Positions 12,470 through 26,124 of a stretch of 64,000 bases of DNA are shown here, in pieces (positions within the stretch are counted from its first letter, which is position 1; every line of letters starts with the position of its first letter). The DNA comes from Eledone cirrhosa (Eukaryota). The translations under genes were made by a program, and so were the position numbers. A model generated the notes under the pieces. The model ran no database searches, was not told where the DNA came from, and was given only the letters and a program-made list of their open reading frames with translations. Location of the stretch: positions 32,426,001-32,490,000 of the forward strand of contig OZ024742.1 of NCBI GenBank assembly GCA_964016885.1, given 5' to 3'.

Positions 12470-13115
12470 CTGTATGAATTTACCCAGTTTGGCATCAAAC
12501 ACACATCATAGCCTTCACAGGTCCTTCAAAATTGAGGAGACTGATAAGGTTAATGTTCCTGTAGGAAAGTTATAAGCAGTGATAGAGTTCCAGAGGGCTG
12601 ATGTTCTGTGACCAGAAGAGTGGACTAAGTGGTTAGTGTAGGCCTGGGGACACACCATGGGTGATGAAAAGAAGAGAGACAGATAAATAAGAAATGCCCG
12701 AATTAAGGCATGACATGAGACCAGGCAGGCCTAAAGAGCAGACACTATTATAGTAACAGTAGGTGTGGAGGGAGGAAATAGCATGTCTGTGGTCCAGATG
12801 ATAGGAGGTTGGGTACAACATGAGTGATGGGGGTAAGAGAGGCAAGTTATGAGTGCCTAAGTGGAAGTGGTATGAGACTAGCAAGATCTGAAGAGACCAT
12901 TATAGAAGTGGTAGAAGGAGGAGCCCACACATCTGTGGGTCAAAGGCTGGAGTGTGCTTGTGGTTGACCTTTCCCTGGCTGTGGTCTGAGCAACAACATC
13001 ACCAACCCAAATGTAGGAGTAGTAGTCTACTGTAGATCTAGAATGTTTGCTATGAGCACCACCACCAACCCAGATGTGGGAGCAGTACTCCATTGAGGGT
13101 TTCACTTGAGCACAA
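12470..13115 (-). mobile_element. Degenerate CR1/L2/Jockey-type LINE 3' fragment
   Basis: KPSMEYCSHIW...LQPLTHR...FYHFYNG pattern typical of post-RT LINE sequence. Confidence 0.6.
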
Positions 13116-13976
13116 AGCCACCATTTTTTCTATCAGTCATGGCTGGAGGTAGAGTAGTAATGAAATCAACCCCATTATTTAATTAGTATTTTATTTTAAT
13201 GACCCTGGAAGGATAAAAGACAAAGTTGACTCGGGTGGGATACATACAAACACACACACAGCATTTAATTAAAAATGGAGGTGAGATATATGAAATACCT
13301 TGTGATAAATGATAGATTAACCACACTACCCCCATCCTCTGTTTATCTCACCCCCCCCCACACTTTAACTTACCTCAATCTTTGATTTATTAATGATCTC
13401 ACTTCATTACCCGATACAGATCACCTCTAATCTCCCCAATTTGTAGTGATTATATTTTCTAATTATGGTAGCCAACTCTCATCTCTCTTTCTCACTCACA
13501 CACACATATATATATGAAATGATGATGGCTGCAACTCAATCTCGAGTAATGCCATTGCTTGATACTTAAGCATGAAGGATGTGGTTATTTTAGTCCAGCT
13601 AGAGACTTATTTATGGTATTGTTGGTCATAGTTGTCACATATCAAGCGATGCCTGTGCTTGAAGCTTTTTTAAGTGAGGAAAGGCTTTGCATGGGGCCAA
13701 TCCCACTCTCTGGACATCAAATGCAAATGAAGTTGCAGATTTTATATCAGAATGACCTTTTAAAGAGATGTCTTAATGAAGACTAGGGGTCTCTTGCTCC
13801 ATATATATACACATACACACACAGTAGAGCTGTGTGGTTAAAGAATTCATTTCACAACCATGTGGTTTGGGGCTCAGTCCTACAGTGTGGCACCGTTGCC
13901 AAGTGTCTTCTGTAGACTCAGGTTGATGAATGCCTTGTGATGTGAGTGAAATTTGGCAGAGAGAAACTACAAAAGT

Positions 13977-14014
<38 letters not shown>

Positions 14015-14179
14015 TACTGGGTTGTTGTTGTTGTTTTCTGTATAAGGCCTACACGTGGTATATGATGTTTGTTTAGAATCATTCCTTTCTAAATTGAATA
14101 AGTTGCCACTCTGAAAAAAAGTATTTATTTCATGTATCACCGAGTCCAAAAGAGACCACTTCAAATAATTCGACCAGTG

Positions 14180-14660
14180 TTGGATAATAGCAAGTACTTC
14201 TTCTTTGCCCACTTATTCCAAGGAGGGTACCCAAGCATGCCTTCCAGCAGGTCCTGTTAGAAGCAACTGTCTCCAGTTGATCCAGCTGGATCCCCAAGTG
14301 AGACCAGCTGAGCTCATGAATGTTAACCAACCATCTTGCTTGTGACCTGCTGGTTGGTTTTGCCTGTACAATCTGTCCAGTGATTCTACCCTGAGACATT
14401 CTGACTACATGTCTGTAGTATTGGAACTGTGATCTCTCAATTTGGAGAAGTAGTGTATCTACCTGGAGAGACTCCCTGATCTCCAAGCTACACACTCTAT
14501 TGAGTAATGTTACTCCAAAGACCCTTCAGAGGAATCCCATTCCAGCTGCTTGTATTTGTGATCATATTCTTTCGGTCATTACCCAAGAATATCGAATTGA
14601 AGATAGTGAGTTTGGTTTTTACACATGCCTCCATTCTGATGACTGAATTCATCTTAGTGC
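14180..14660 (-). mobile_element. Degenerate RTE-like LINE C-terminal fragment
   Basis: EIRESLQV..LLLQIERSQFQYYRHVVRM...ARW resembles the RTE ORF end. Confidence 0.65.
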
Positions 14661-17600
14661 CACAGTAAAAAGCACCCTGTCCATACTGTAAAGTGGCCAT
14701 TTGGTATCACATCAAAAAGCACCCAGTCCACCCTGTAAAGTGGTTGTTTTGTTGCCCCGATAAAAAGCAATCAGTCCACACTGTAAATATGGTTGGCATT
14801 AGGAAGGGCATCCAGCCATAGGAATCAAACTAGAATCAGTTCTGTATGAGCAAGACATGATTATCTGATTTAACTTGTTTAACAACGGGACAACTCGTCT
14901 AACCCATGCTAGCATGGAGAAATGGATGTTAAACGATGATGATGATGATTATTATTATCTATATATATATATATATACATATATATAGTGAGAGGAGTCT
15001 TCAGTTTGGTTGATAAAATGCACCCAGTACTCTCTGTAAAGTAATAATGCTGATCCCATTATAGAATGCATCCAATATACCCTGTAAGGTTGGTTGGTGT
15101 TAGGAGTGGCATCCAGTCATAGAAACCATGCAAAATATGAAACATGAGTAAAATGAGGCCTCACTGACTGGTCTACTCTCAGACCATGACAACCTGTACA
15201 ACCCATGCCAGCATGGAAAGTAGACATAAAATGATGATGATGATGATAACATGTTAGTGTATGCCAATGTACAATTAAGAATGGATTCATTAAATGTGAA
15301 TGGCCTCTTAACCTCTCATTAACAGCTGATGGAAATTAGCTAATTGATGCTTAATTAAGGTTAAAATTTAGCTCTGATTGTCAGTTGACCCATGCAAGAT
15401 AACAGGGAAGTCAGTGAACTATGATGTTAACCCTTTAGCATTTATTAGCCAGAATTCCCTCACCTCAACAACTCTAACAAACAACGAAAACAACAGTAGT
15501 AAAAGTAATGACAACAATCACACCTATGATAATAACGATAGAAGCAACAACAACAACAGCAATAATGACAACAGTAGCAATGACAATAACAGCAGCAGCA
15601 ACATCAACAACAATAACAACACCCTGCTAGAAAAAGCAGCCAAATTTCCTTCAACTATACAATTTTAAATAAAAGAAGCACACAGTGGGATAATGATATT
15701 GTAAATATTTCCTGATATACAAAAAGACAGCATGTTCATGGCTGGAACACCTTTGATTAGAGCTTACCTGTAGCTAAACAATAACTACCACATACAACAT
15801 ATAATGACTACCACAACAACAGCTGTAACAACAACAAACAACAATCTATCTATCTGAAATTATTAGTTATAAAAACATTATTTGCTCCTTACCCCACCTC
15901 CAACCACATGACCTCCTCGAAAATCAATTTTATCAATATTATTTTATCAATTTTCAATAATTTGCTTTCACTTTTGTATTGATATCAATTATTGATTCTA
16001 AAATATTAACACAGTAATTAAGTGGGTCGGGTGTTGGGGCAAATAACACATTCCCGAGTAATCAATACACACATACAAATGTGTACAACACGCACACACA
16101 AAATATATGTACAACATACAACATACAAATATATGTATAACGCACATACACACAAATATATGTACAACACACACACAAATATATGTACAACAGACATACT
16201 CACAAATATATGAACAACACACATATACACAAATATATGTACAGACATGTTGGATCTTCACCAGTTCCAACGATGATAATTCCAGTTGTTTAATCAATGG
16301 AACAGTTCACTTGTAAAATTAATTTGTAAGTGGCTGAGAATTCTACACATAAGTGTATCCTTAACATAATTCTTGGAAAGATTCAATATGATTTAGTATG
16401 TGACAAGGCTGGCCCTTTGCATTACAGGTACAGCTCATCTTATAGTGTACATGACTGGGCATCCCACAGATCTGTGTATCCCTAACGTAATTCTCAAGGA
16501 GATTTAGTATGACAGTGTGTGTCAAAATGGGTAGTTTGAATTACAAATACAGTTCATTCGATGTGCTTCAAAACAATTTCTGTCAACCCAGTTTTTGGTG
16601 AATCTGAAGCTATGGTAAATGACACTTGCCCAAGATGTAACACAGATCAAACCTGTGACTTTGTAAATATAAAGTGAACTTTTTAACCATTTATCCATGC
16701 TATGTTCACAATTACAGGCATATACACACACTCACATACAAACAGGAACATACACATACACAAGCACACGTGTACATACAGTGAGAAATTTGGAGATGGG
16801 TAAGATGTGTTAATTAAATCTACACCTATTACAAAGTTGACCTCAGTGGGATTTGAACTCAGGAAATTCAAAGAAAGAGTCTGAACAAATATTTAAAGGT
16901 CATTTCACTGCCCTAGAACTATTAGTACACAAAATGTGCCATAATCAAATGGAGATAATATAAGGTAGAGAAGTCTCTTCAGTCTAGTCAAACACGTGAC
17001 ACCTCTCTAGTGCAGGTGCCATGATAAAATGTATCTAGTACACTCTGTAAGGTGACTGGTATTGAAATCATGCCAAATATGGAATGTATGAGGAAGATGA
17101 GGTCTCTCCGACCTATTTGTCCAGTCTCAGCCAGTGTCAACCCATACCAGCATGGAAAGGGGAGGTAAAATTATGAAAATGAGGACAGTTATGAACAGTA
17201 TAGAAAGACCTTTATAGGAGAAAGCTGTGGTCAGATATGAAGCAAATGTGTACAGGTTAAAACATAATTGTCATGTAACAACAACAACAATTGTTTCTAA
17301 GTTTAGACACAAGGTCTATTCTAGTGACTCTTGAAGGGTGAAAAGCAAAGTTGACCATAGATTCTGCCAATCAACTACCTTCAACAACAAAAAGAATGAT
17401 TTCTAATATAGGCACAAGGTAAGGCCAACAATTTGTGGAGAGGGGAAAGCCAATTACACGTGACTGGTACTTTATTTTATCAGTCCTGGAAGGATGAAAG
17501 GCAAAGCTAACTGCAGCAGAATTTGAACTCAGAGTGTAAAGACTCAGACTCAGAAGCTCCCGCGTCTTGCGACGCATGAGGCAATCATAGTGTTCCACCG

Positions 17601-18074
17601 CGTTCGGTCAGCAGCCAGTTGCACAGCGTCCCGCCATTGTCTGTTTGTCGCTCGCAGGTCCCTCTCAACTGTCTGGCGCCAGTTCATTTTGGGTCACCCT
17701 CTCCATCTGCTTCCCTGTGGGTTCCATTTAAGTACTTGGTTCGCCAGTCTCTCCGGGGGAAGTCTCAAAGCGTGCCCAAACAGGGTGTAAAGGGTTGTAA
17801 CTAAATGTTACAAAGCATGGTGTGTAACACTCTAATGATTCTACCAATCTACTGCCCTCAATAATAGTTTCTAATTTTGACACAAGGATAGCAATATTTA
17901 GGGAGAGTCAATTATATCAACCTCAGTACATGACTGGTACTTTATCAACACTGGGAGGACAAAAGGGTAAATTGCTTGTCAGGATTTGAACCCAGAACAT
18001 AAAGAGCTGAAACAAATACTGCAAAACATTTTATTCATGTTCTTATAATCCCGCTAATCCACTGCTACAACAAC

Positions 18075-18083
18075 TACAACAAT

Positions 18084-18182
<99 letters not shown>

Positions 18183-18190
18183 AATAATAG
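18075..18190. repeat. (AAC)n microsatellite
   Basis: Read directly; produces the poly-Leu ORF. Confidence 0.97.
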
Positions 18191-18386
18191 TAATCCTTTT
18201 TCTCTAACTATATTTTTTCTCAAGTGTGTCTGTTTGTATAGTTGTGTGAATGCATGTGTGTATATATATGCATGCAAGTGCACACACACAAAATGATTAA
18301 CCCATCATTACCATCACCATCACCACCATCACCATCCATGATGATTGTTATTGATGTTATGCTGTTCTTTAAATAATCTCTCTCTC

Positions 18387-18434
<48 letters not shown>

Positions 18435-18502
18435 TCACTAATGTTTGCAGGAGGCACAGTAATGACTAGTAGTAGTAGTAGTAATGGTAGTAATAGTAGT
18501 AA

Positions 18503-18536
<34 letters not shown>

Positions 18537-19599
18537 GGTGGTTGTAGTAGTGGAGGTTACAGTCATTGAAGAGAAGGGGGTGGGGTTGAAGTGAAGGTCA
18601 AAAGGTTATTAAAAGCAGAAGCTTAATAAAAACCACAAGCAAAACAAATAGAATATTAAATACAATTGTATAAAAGACAACAACTAGTACTACAACAACA
18701 AATTAATATATGAAAATATAAAATATTTTTTTTTAAATTCATCTGATACCAAACTGCCCCTGGTTTTATGATTCAAATCTGTTTAAAATTGTTATATTTA
18801 TCAGAATTTTATATAAAAACTATTAAATTAAATCCCTTAAAATTTTTATTTTGTCCCTAATTATTTGAAAAAACAGACAGTGTTTTTCAATAAAATGGTT
18901 AAAATGTTTATATTGATCTAAAAACGTCTGTAAGTACCTTTGTTAAGTTGTGTTCCAAACCAGCTTAACAATGAGAAAGTTAGTTATATTTCTAAATACC
19001 TCAAAATTCTTGATTATTTTCAAAGCTATTTGGAAATCAGAAGGCAGTGTTTTTCATATGAAATATGGCAAGAAAAGGTTAATGTAAAAAAATATATACA
19101 ATAAAAACAATACCAACACCAACAGCAAGAACAAGAACAATAGCAACCACTATTACAAGGTGAAAAAAAAAAGGTGCAGAATTTGACTAGCAGCAGTGTA
19201 GGATCAGGTATTCAGTGCTGAATTGATGTCTGGCCTTACCTCGGAAAACAACCACAGAACGTGAACCATAGAAGATGAAATACCCTGTGGTGAAGAAGGG
19301 CAACAACAGCAGCAAACAGCAGCAACAACAACAGCAGCACCAACGATGACAGCAGCAGTCACAGAAAGGAGGAGAAGAAGAAGAAGAAGAAGAAGAAGGA
19401 GAAGAACAAGAAGGTAAACTGGAAGAAAGGAATGTGTTTGAGAAGTTTGGAGTTTACTTGATTGATTGTATTTGTTGGGTGTTTGTGGGCTGATTGTGTT
19501 TGTTGGTTACTTGTGGATTGTGGGTTGTCTGAGGGATTTTTGATAGTTGTGTTTGAGGAATTTGTTTGTTGGTTAACTGTGAGGGATGTTTGAGGGTTT

Positions 19600-20060
19600 C
19601 TTTACATGGGGTTTTGATGGTTATACTTGAGGATTTTGTTGTGGGTTGTTAACAGATTTATTTATGAGTTGTTTGTAGGATGAATTGTGGGATATTTTAT
19701 AGGAAGTTTGTGGGATATTTTGTAGGAGGTTTTGTGGGATGTTTGTAGGATATTTTGTGGGATGTTTTGTGGAATATTTTGTAGGATGTTTGTAGGATCT
19801 TTTGTGGGATGTTTGTAGGATGTTTTGTGGGATATTTTGTAGGATGTTTGTAGGATCTTTTGTGGGATGTTTATAGGATATTTTGTAGGATGTTTGTAGG
19901 ATCTTTTGTGGGATATTTTGTGGGATATTTTGTAGGATGTTTGTAGGATATTTTGTAGGATGTTTTGTGGGATATTTTGTAGGATGTTTGTAGGTTCTTT
20001 TGTGGGATGTTTTGTGGGATATTTTGTAAATTCTTTTGTAGGATGTTTGTGGGTTTTGAA
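19600..20060. repeat. Degenerate ~12-13-bp tandem repeat (ttttgt(a/g)ggat(a/g))
   Basis: Repeated tttgtgggat/tttgtaggat units. Confidence 0.85.
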
Positions 20061-21860
20061 AGATGTGTCAGAAGTTTCTTTCTGTATATGGGTTACATGT
20101 GTGTTGTATTTTTTTGTATTTCAATGGTTATGAGACAATATAACCAAGTGGTTGAAGTGCTAGGATTTGAACAAACATGGTTTATATGTTCAAATCAAAC
20201 CACTGGCACTGCGATATGTCTGCAGGTAAAGCAACATTGATTCTACTTTCTTCAACTGACCTAGTTGGAATAGAAGAGATTTCCAGTCTAAACCAAAACA
20301 GAAATTCATGCAAAAGTGTGAATTAGTAGACCTGTTCATCCCATGTTAATAATTGGAATAAAAAGTGCATATAATTTGAATGCAACATGTAAACAGATAT
20401 CAATAACGATATAAAACAATGAAATTAGGTTAGTTTCTGTTGTTGATATTATTAATTCTTAACATCCTTTACTACGTGAAACCACACATTGTTGAAACGT
20501 CTAAAACAGCTCTATGACTGCATCACATTAAAAATTGAAGATTTTATTGTAATGTGTCAAATTTTTATAATGATCTGATCACTGGTAAAGATACTATAAA
20601 AATTTGAGTTAACAAACTAATTTTTAGATATTATCTACTAAAAGGTTAACTTTGCTTTTCATCCTTACGGGGTCGATAAAATAAAGTACCAGTAATACAC
20701 TGGGTAATTGCTGGCCTTGTGCCTAACGTAGAAACAATTATCTACTAAATGGTTACAGGATGTTAAGGATTAATTGATCAGCTATAATCAGTTTTGTTTC
20801 AGTAAACTTGAAATCCTGTCATGGAAAGAGATTAATGATTATTTGCCAGAATTGTGGACACAGTATTGCCAAATACTTAAAGGAATTTGTTTCACAATCA
20901 TTAGGTCCTGGGTTTGAGTCCACTACATGGAATCTTGGGCAAGTGTCATCTACCATAGCCTTGGATTGACCCAAGCCTTATGAGTAAAATTTAGTAGATA
21001 TAAAATGTCTGGAAGACTACTGAATTTTGTTCATCATCGTTATTTTTACATCCACTTTTCCATATTTTATGGCCAGAAGCCCTTCCCAACACCAACCCTT
21101 TTAGACACCCTTTATGATACAGTGTACCTATTTTAAAAACTGGGATTCACACATTTTGTTACTGTCTTCTCTTAATCTATAAGGGACATATTCTGCCTAG
21201 AGGTTCAAATACTACAAATGATTCAGAGCTAATTATCCAATCACAGTATCATCATCAGAAAGCTGTAATTGGGTTGTGGCCATTTGCTACTGCCATCAAA
21301 CAATGATGATGATAATCATCATCACCATCATCATTGTCTTTATGTCTGCTTTTACACGATGCTATGACTTGTACAGGACTTTTTGAAGCAGTGTTTTATG
21401 GCCAGATAGCTTTCCTGGCTCCAAGCCTTTTAGTCAGCTCTTTTCACACAGAGACACCTAGTGTACCTAGTCTGAAAATTGGGATACACATATTTTCTAT
21501 GTTTTCTCTCAAACCATAAGGGACATATTCATTCAAACAACCTTCGTCAGTTTTGCAGTTAGTTTCTGTTTTACGTGTTAGTAAACATGCAAGTTTTACC
21601 ATGCGGGCATGATCATATGCAGCATATTTTAAAACTAGGTTAACTGCATGTTATAACAACAAAGAATGAACATCACAGTTCTTGAGTTCAAAAGTCAACA
21701 GTGAAGAAATAAAGACATAACTGGTACTCTGTAGTGTAATCAGTAACTTGGTCGTCTGGTAATCGAGAGATACAGGGTCCAAATCATGTCTTTCAACCTG
21801 TTTCTATTTTATACCTCAAATAAGGGCTTTTTTTAGATATTTCTTTACAATCAAACTTCC

Positions 21861-22068
21861 TAACCCTTTCAATATCAAACCATCTGATACCATCCTTAGT
21901 TCTATCGTACAAAACTGCTCATTTTAAAGTGTTTATATTTATCTAAAAACTTAACATAATTTTATATAAGAACCTTTAAGTTAAACCCCTGCAATTTTTT
22001 TTTATTTTCAAAATTAATTGCAACACATTGGCAGTGTATTTTATTAGAAATATGGAACAAAAGGGTTA
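21861..22068. mobile_element. AT-rich piggyBac-like MITE family (other copies ~18740-19082, 41900-42143, 42674-42980, 48650-49045, 61210-61445)
   Basis: Shared core tttatctaaaaac...aattttatgtaagaacctttaagtt...; termini (t)taaccctt...aagggttaa. Confidence 0.6.
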
Positions 22069-22904
22069 ATCAAAAGTGTTAGGGCAGCAACCATGACCCT
22101 TTTGTGGGAACCTAGTGGTAGGAAGGGAAGACTCTACTAAAGACACCCAAGAATCAAGTGGTGGTGTTAAACTGGATAAAAGATTATCACCCAAGGACAA
22201 GAACAGTCCTTCTGATGGGCTTCACCACAGTTTCTGTCTACTAAATTTCATTCACAATACTTTGGTTGGTTTAAGGCTATGAAGACACTTACTTGCCTGG
22301 GTATCACAAGGGATAGATGTTTGCCAGTCTGACTAATCTCTTTCTCTCCTTCCTACCTAAGAGAGACTAAACAGATTTAACACTTTTGTTGTGATGAAGG
22401 CTGAGTTAATCCACTTTGTCAGTTTATGTTTACTGTCCTATATACATACATATATATATATATGCATGTATTTAGTAGACACACGCATACTGACATATAT
22501 GTATACATATACATACATACAAAGACACAATAATATATAATATGTAAAGTGGTCATGTAGGTGTCACAATAAAAAGCACCCAGTCCACACTGTAAAGTGG
22601 TCATGTAGGTGTCAACAAAAAGCACCCAGGTCAAACTGTAAAGTGGTCATTTAGGTGTCACGACAAAAATCATCCAGTCCACACTGTAAAGTGGTCATGT
22701 AGGAGTCACAACAAAAAAAAGCATTCATTCCACACTGTAAATGTGGTTGGCATTAGGAAGGGCATCCAGCTGTAGAAATCTAGCCAGAAACAGTTATGTA
22801 TGAGCAGGATACGGTCACCTGACCCAACCTGCCTCAAAAGGGACAACCCGTCTAACCCATGCTAGCGTGGAAGGTGGATATTAAATGGTGGTGATGATGA
22901 TATA

Positions 22905-24035
22905 TCATCATCATCATCATCACCGTTTTACGTCCGTTCTTCCACGCTAGCATGGGTTAGACGGGTTCTCCTGTTGTGGGCAGTGTCTGGTCGGCTGACC
23001 ATGCCTTGCTCATACAGGAACTGATCTGGCTTGATTTCTACAGCTGGATGCCCTTCCTAACACCAACCTCATTTACAGTGAGTGCTGGGTGCTTTTTCGT
23101 GGCGCCTACACGTCCACTTTACAGTGTGGGCTGGGTGCTTTTTTGCCGTGGCACCTCCACGACCACCTTGCGGTGGGGGAGGGGGGGGCATATTGTTTAT
23201 ATGCTTCAGCATGTACCCATGGGAGGTCGGGTACCCTGTATTACTGCGTGACGCCAGAAGTCACGGTCGTGTGTCATTGACTTTGAGAGGTGTAGTTGGG
23301 TAAGGTCGGCTTTTAGCACCTCATCCCAAGTCATCTTGGGTCTCCCCACTCCGCGGTTTCCATCAACTTCTAGTGCTCTGCACCTTTTTATGCAGCTGTC
23401 ATCCTTCATACGCATCACATGTCCATACCAGCGTAACCGCCTCTCCTGCACGCAGCATTTGATTCCTCTTATGCTCAGTCTCTCTCTCAATTCCTTTATG
23501 CTTTGTCGTTCACGTATATTACTGTTACACATCCATCGGAGCATGCAGGCTTCGTTTCTCTCTAATCTACGTAAGTCTTCCACCTTCAGCGCCCAGGTCT
23601 CACTACCATGCAACATCGCTGTTCGGATACACGCATCATACAGTCTGCCTTTCATTCTGAGGGAGAAGCCTTTTGCAGCTAGCAGTGGTAGTAGTTCCCT
23701 AAACTTCTTCCATCCCGTTCTTACCCTAGTTATTGTACTTTCTGAGCACCCACCTCCGTTGCTAATTCAGTCACCTAGGTAGCAGAAGCTGTCTACTGTT
23801 TCTACAGGGCCCTCCCAGAGATTGGTGGTACTTGTTTCCTGTGGCTGTTTGCTTGCTGTTTCAGCACAGCTGCTGCATGTGAATCCTACATTCTTAATTA
23901 AGCTTCCTGAGATCCCGCTACATCTCTTGTGTACCCATTGTTTGCATTTGGGGCAGAGAATGGAGTTCCTACCTACACCTTTCCTACATACTGAGCAAGG
24001 CCATTTCTCTGAGGGGATCTGGGTTCTGTTTTCTC

Positions 24036-24038
<3 letters not shown>
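22905..24038 (-). mobile_element. RTE-type LINE 3' portion (related subfamily)
   Basis: KWPCSVCRKGVG...FCYLGD and MKGRLYDACIRT...GRPKMTW; (CAT)n tail on the plus strand at 22905. Confidence 0.92.
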
Positions 24039-24069
<31 letters not shown>

Positions 24070-24070
<1 letters not shown>

Positions 24071-24860
24071 CATTTGTTTTTGAGGGTAGACAGCAGAGTG
24101 GATGTGCAGGCACCCAAATTCAGAAGAGGCCTTCTCTTAAAACTATTATTAAGTTCCTCAGTCAACATTGTATGACTAGAGATGATACTTCCAAGATACA
24201 GATTAGAAGAGGTATGGCCCAAGGTATTTGACAGATATGTTGATGGGAGATTATTATTATACCCAAAAGAAGATAGCAGCATAAAGGTCTTCTGCATGTT
24301 CAACTTGGATGCCATCTGCTGATTGGTCGAATTTGGGGACACAGCTGTTCTTCGCAATCTATCAGAATGGAAAGAGACACCAGCAGAGTTGTCTACATAC
24401 TGCAATTCATAAATGAGCTAGGTCGATGTTTTAGAGTAAGCAGAAAGGTCAGAGAGATTAAAAAGACTTTCTTCCAAGTGATACCTCATCCTTCACATCC
24501 ATGATGTACATTGAGAGTAGTGTCAATGTGATAAGATATTTGTTGAAAAGAAGGGAAGCAAGAACACAACTCTGTTTAACGCCTACACCAACCTTAAAGG
24601 ATAGAGACAATTCAGCACCCAGAGATTTTAGCCATCATTCTATCATGAAAGAGCCACATGTGATGAACATAGTGGGAACCCAAAATTTCCGAGTATATTT
24701 TATAGTAGATCATTGATAGTGTCAAAAAACCTTCCAAAGGTCAAAGAAGGCAAAGCTAATCTGACTTTGATGATCTTTAATCTTTTCCAGAAGCTGTCGA
24801 GTTACAAAAATCATGTCAGTTGTGTTATGCTGGAGCCGGAAGTTGGCTTCAGACACGGAG
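24070..24860 (-). mobile_element. Old, degenerate RTE-like RT remnant
   Basis: Decayed motifs on the minus strand (AFFDLWKVFDTI, QYVD, YLGSIIS). Confidence 0.55.
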
Positions 24861-25099
24861 CACTCTTGAAGCTATTCAGTAGAAGCGACATAGTAAGAAG
24901 ATACAAGCAAGGATTTCCATGTGGTATCCAACATGATATGTTATGGCTGTTGTTGCAATCACAATGATCACCTTTCTTTCTGTAAATAGTTATGATTTAT
25001 ACATGTGTGTATGTCTCATCTACCTACCTACATCATGTAGTGTGGGAGAAGGATTGGTAAATGAGAGAACTCATCTGATAGGGACCATGATGTGAACGC

Positions 25100-26120
25100 T
25101 TCTTCAGTGCTTCCTCTATGCAGATGATCCCTGTATTGCATCCCAGAAGCAACCTTTTGAAGAAATTGAGACCTCACTCACCAGTGCCCTGGGTGGCCTT
25201 GTTCTATCTAATGCTGTCAACCACCTTCGAACCAACCCTGACAAGACCCAAATCAGTGCTTTCCAGGGAAGCTAATTGCCAGCTCAACTTGCATGGAAAA
25301 CAGAGTACAGTTCCAAGCCTATCTACCTTGGGGTCACTCTTGACCGGTTCCTTACATAAAAGGTCCATATTGCAAAGACTAAAGCCAAAGTTGGATCAAG
25401 AAACAACATCCTAAAGAAGCTGGCTAACACCAAATGGGGTGCCCGTGTTGGTACAATCCTCACCACAGCCCTAGCACTTTGCTACTCCACAGCAGAATAT
25501 GCCTCACCAGTGTGGAGCAGATTATCACATACAAAGAAAATAAACCCTGTCCTAAACACCTCTTGCAGATCAATCATGGGGTCTCAAGCCAACCAAAGTG
25601 GATGACCTCTACTTGCTCAGTGGCATTGCTTCCCCTCACATCAGAAGGACATTCCACTCCTAACTTGAGAAGTTGAAGCAGGAAACTGACCCTCATCATC
25701 CACTCCATGGCTGTGAACCAATGACAAAGAGGCTCAACTCAAGACACAGGTTTCTACACTCAGTTAAACCACTGAACAACAGCTTCTAGTCAGAGCCTGT
25801 CTCTGTGATTCATCCACCTTAACAATGTGGAACTAAGGCCCTCTCTCAGGCCCTAATCCCCAGTGATGCCTGGCCCTTTTGGTCCTGCTTGAATCACCTT
25901 CGAAAAGCTGTTGGTCACTGTAGAACCAACCTTCAGAAATGGGTATATGCCACCGATGATGATTCCAACTGCCAATGTAGGCAATTACAAACTATGGGGC
26001 ACCTTCTAGTTTGCCCCAATTTTGAAGATTCAATCACATTTAACGATCTTGAAACCTTAACACCCCAGGAAACACTGTGTGCAACACTACATGGGTGTGG
26101 TGTAACAACTCGATAAGAGG
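25100..26120 (+). mobile_element. Degenerate Ingi/Vingi-like (I-group) LINE RT fragment
   Basis: Across frameshifts: YADD, NPDKTQ, YLGVTLDR, RNNILKKLANTKWGA, ALALCYSTAEYASPVW. A 3' piece recurs at ~37383-37478. Confidence 0.75.
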
Positions 26121-26124
26121 AACC

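Noticed and set aside
15378-15668. Asn-rich, poly-Leu and Val/Ile-rich ORFs (also 18074-18289, 34172-34438, 43624-43863)
   Set aside because: Products of (AAC)n/(GAT)n-type low-complexity tracts.
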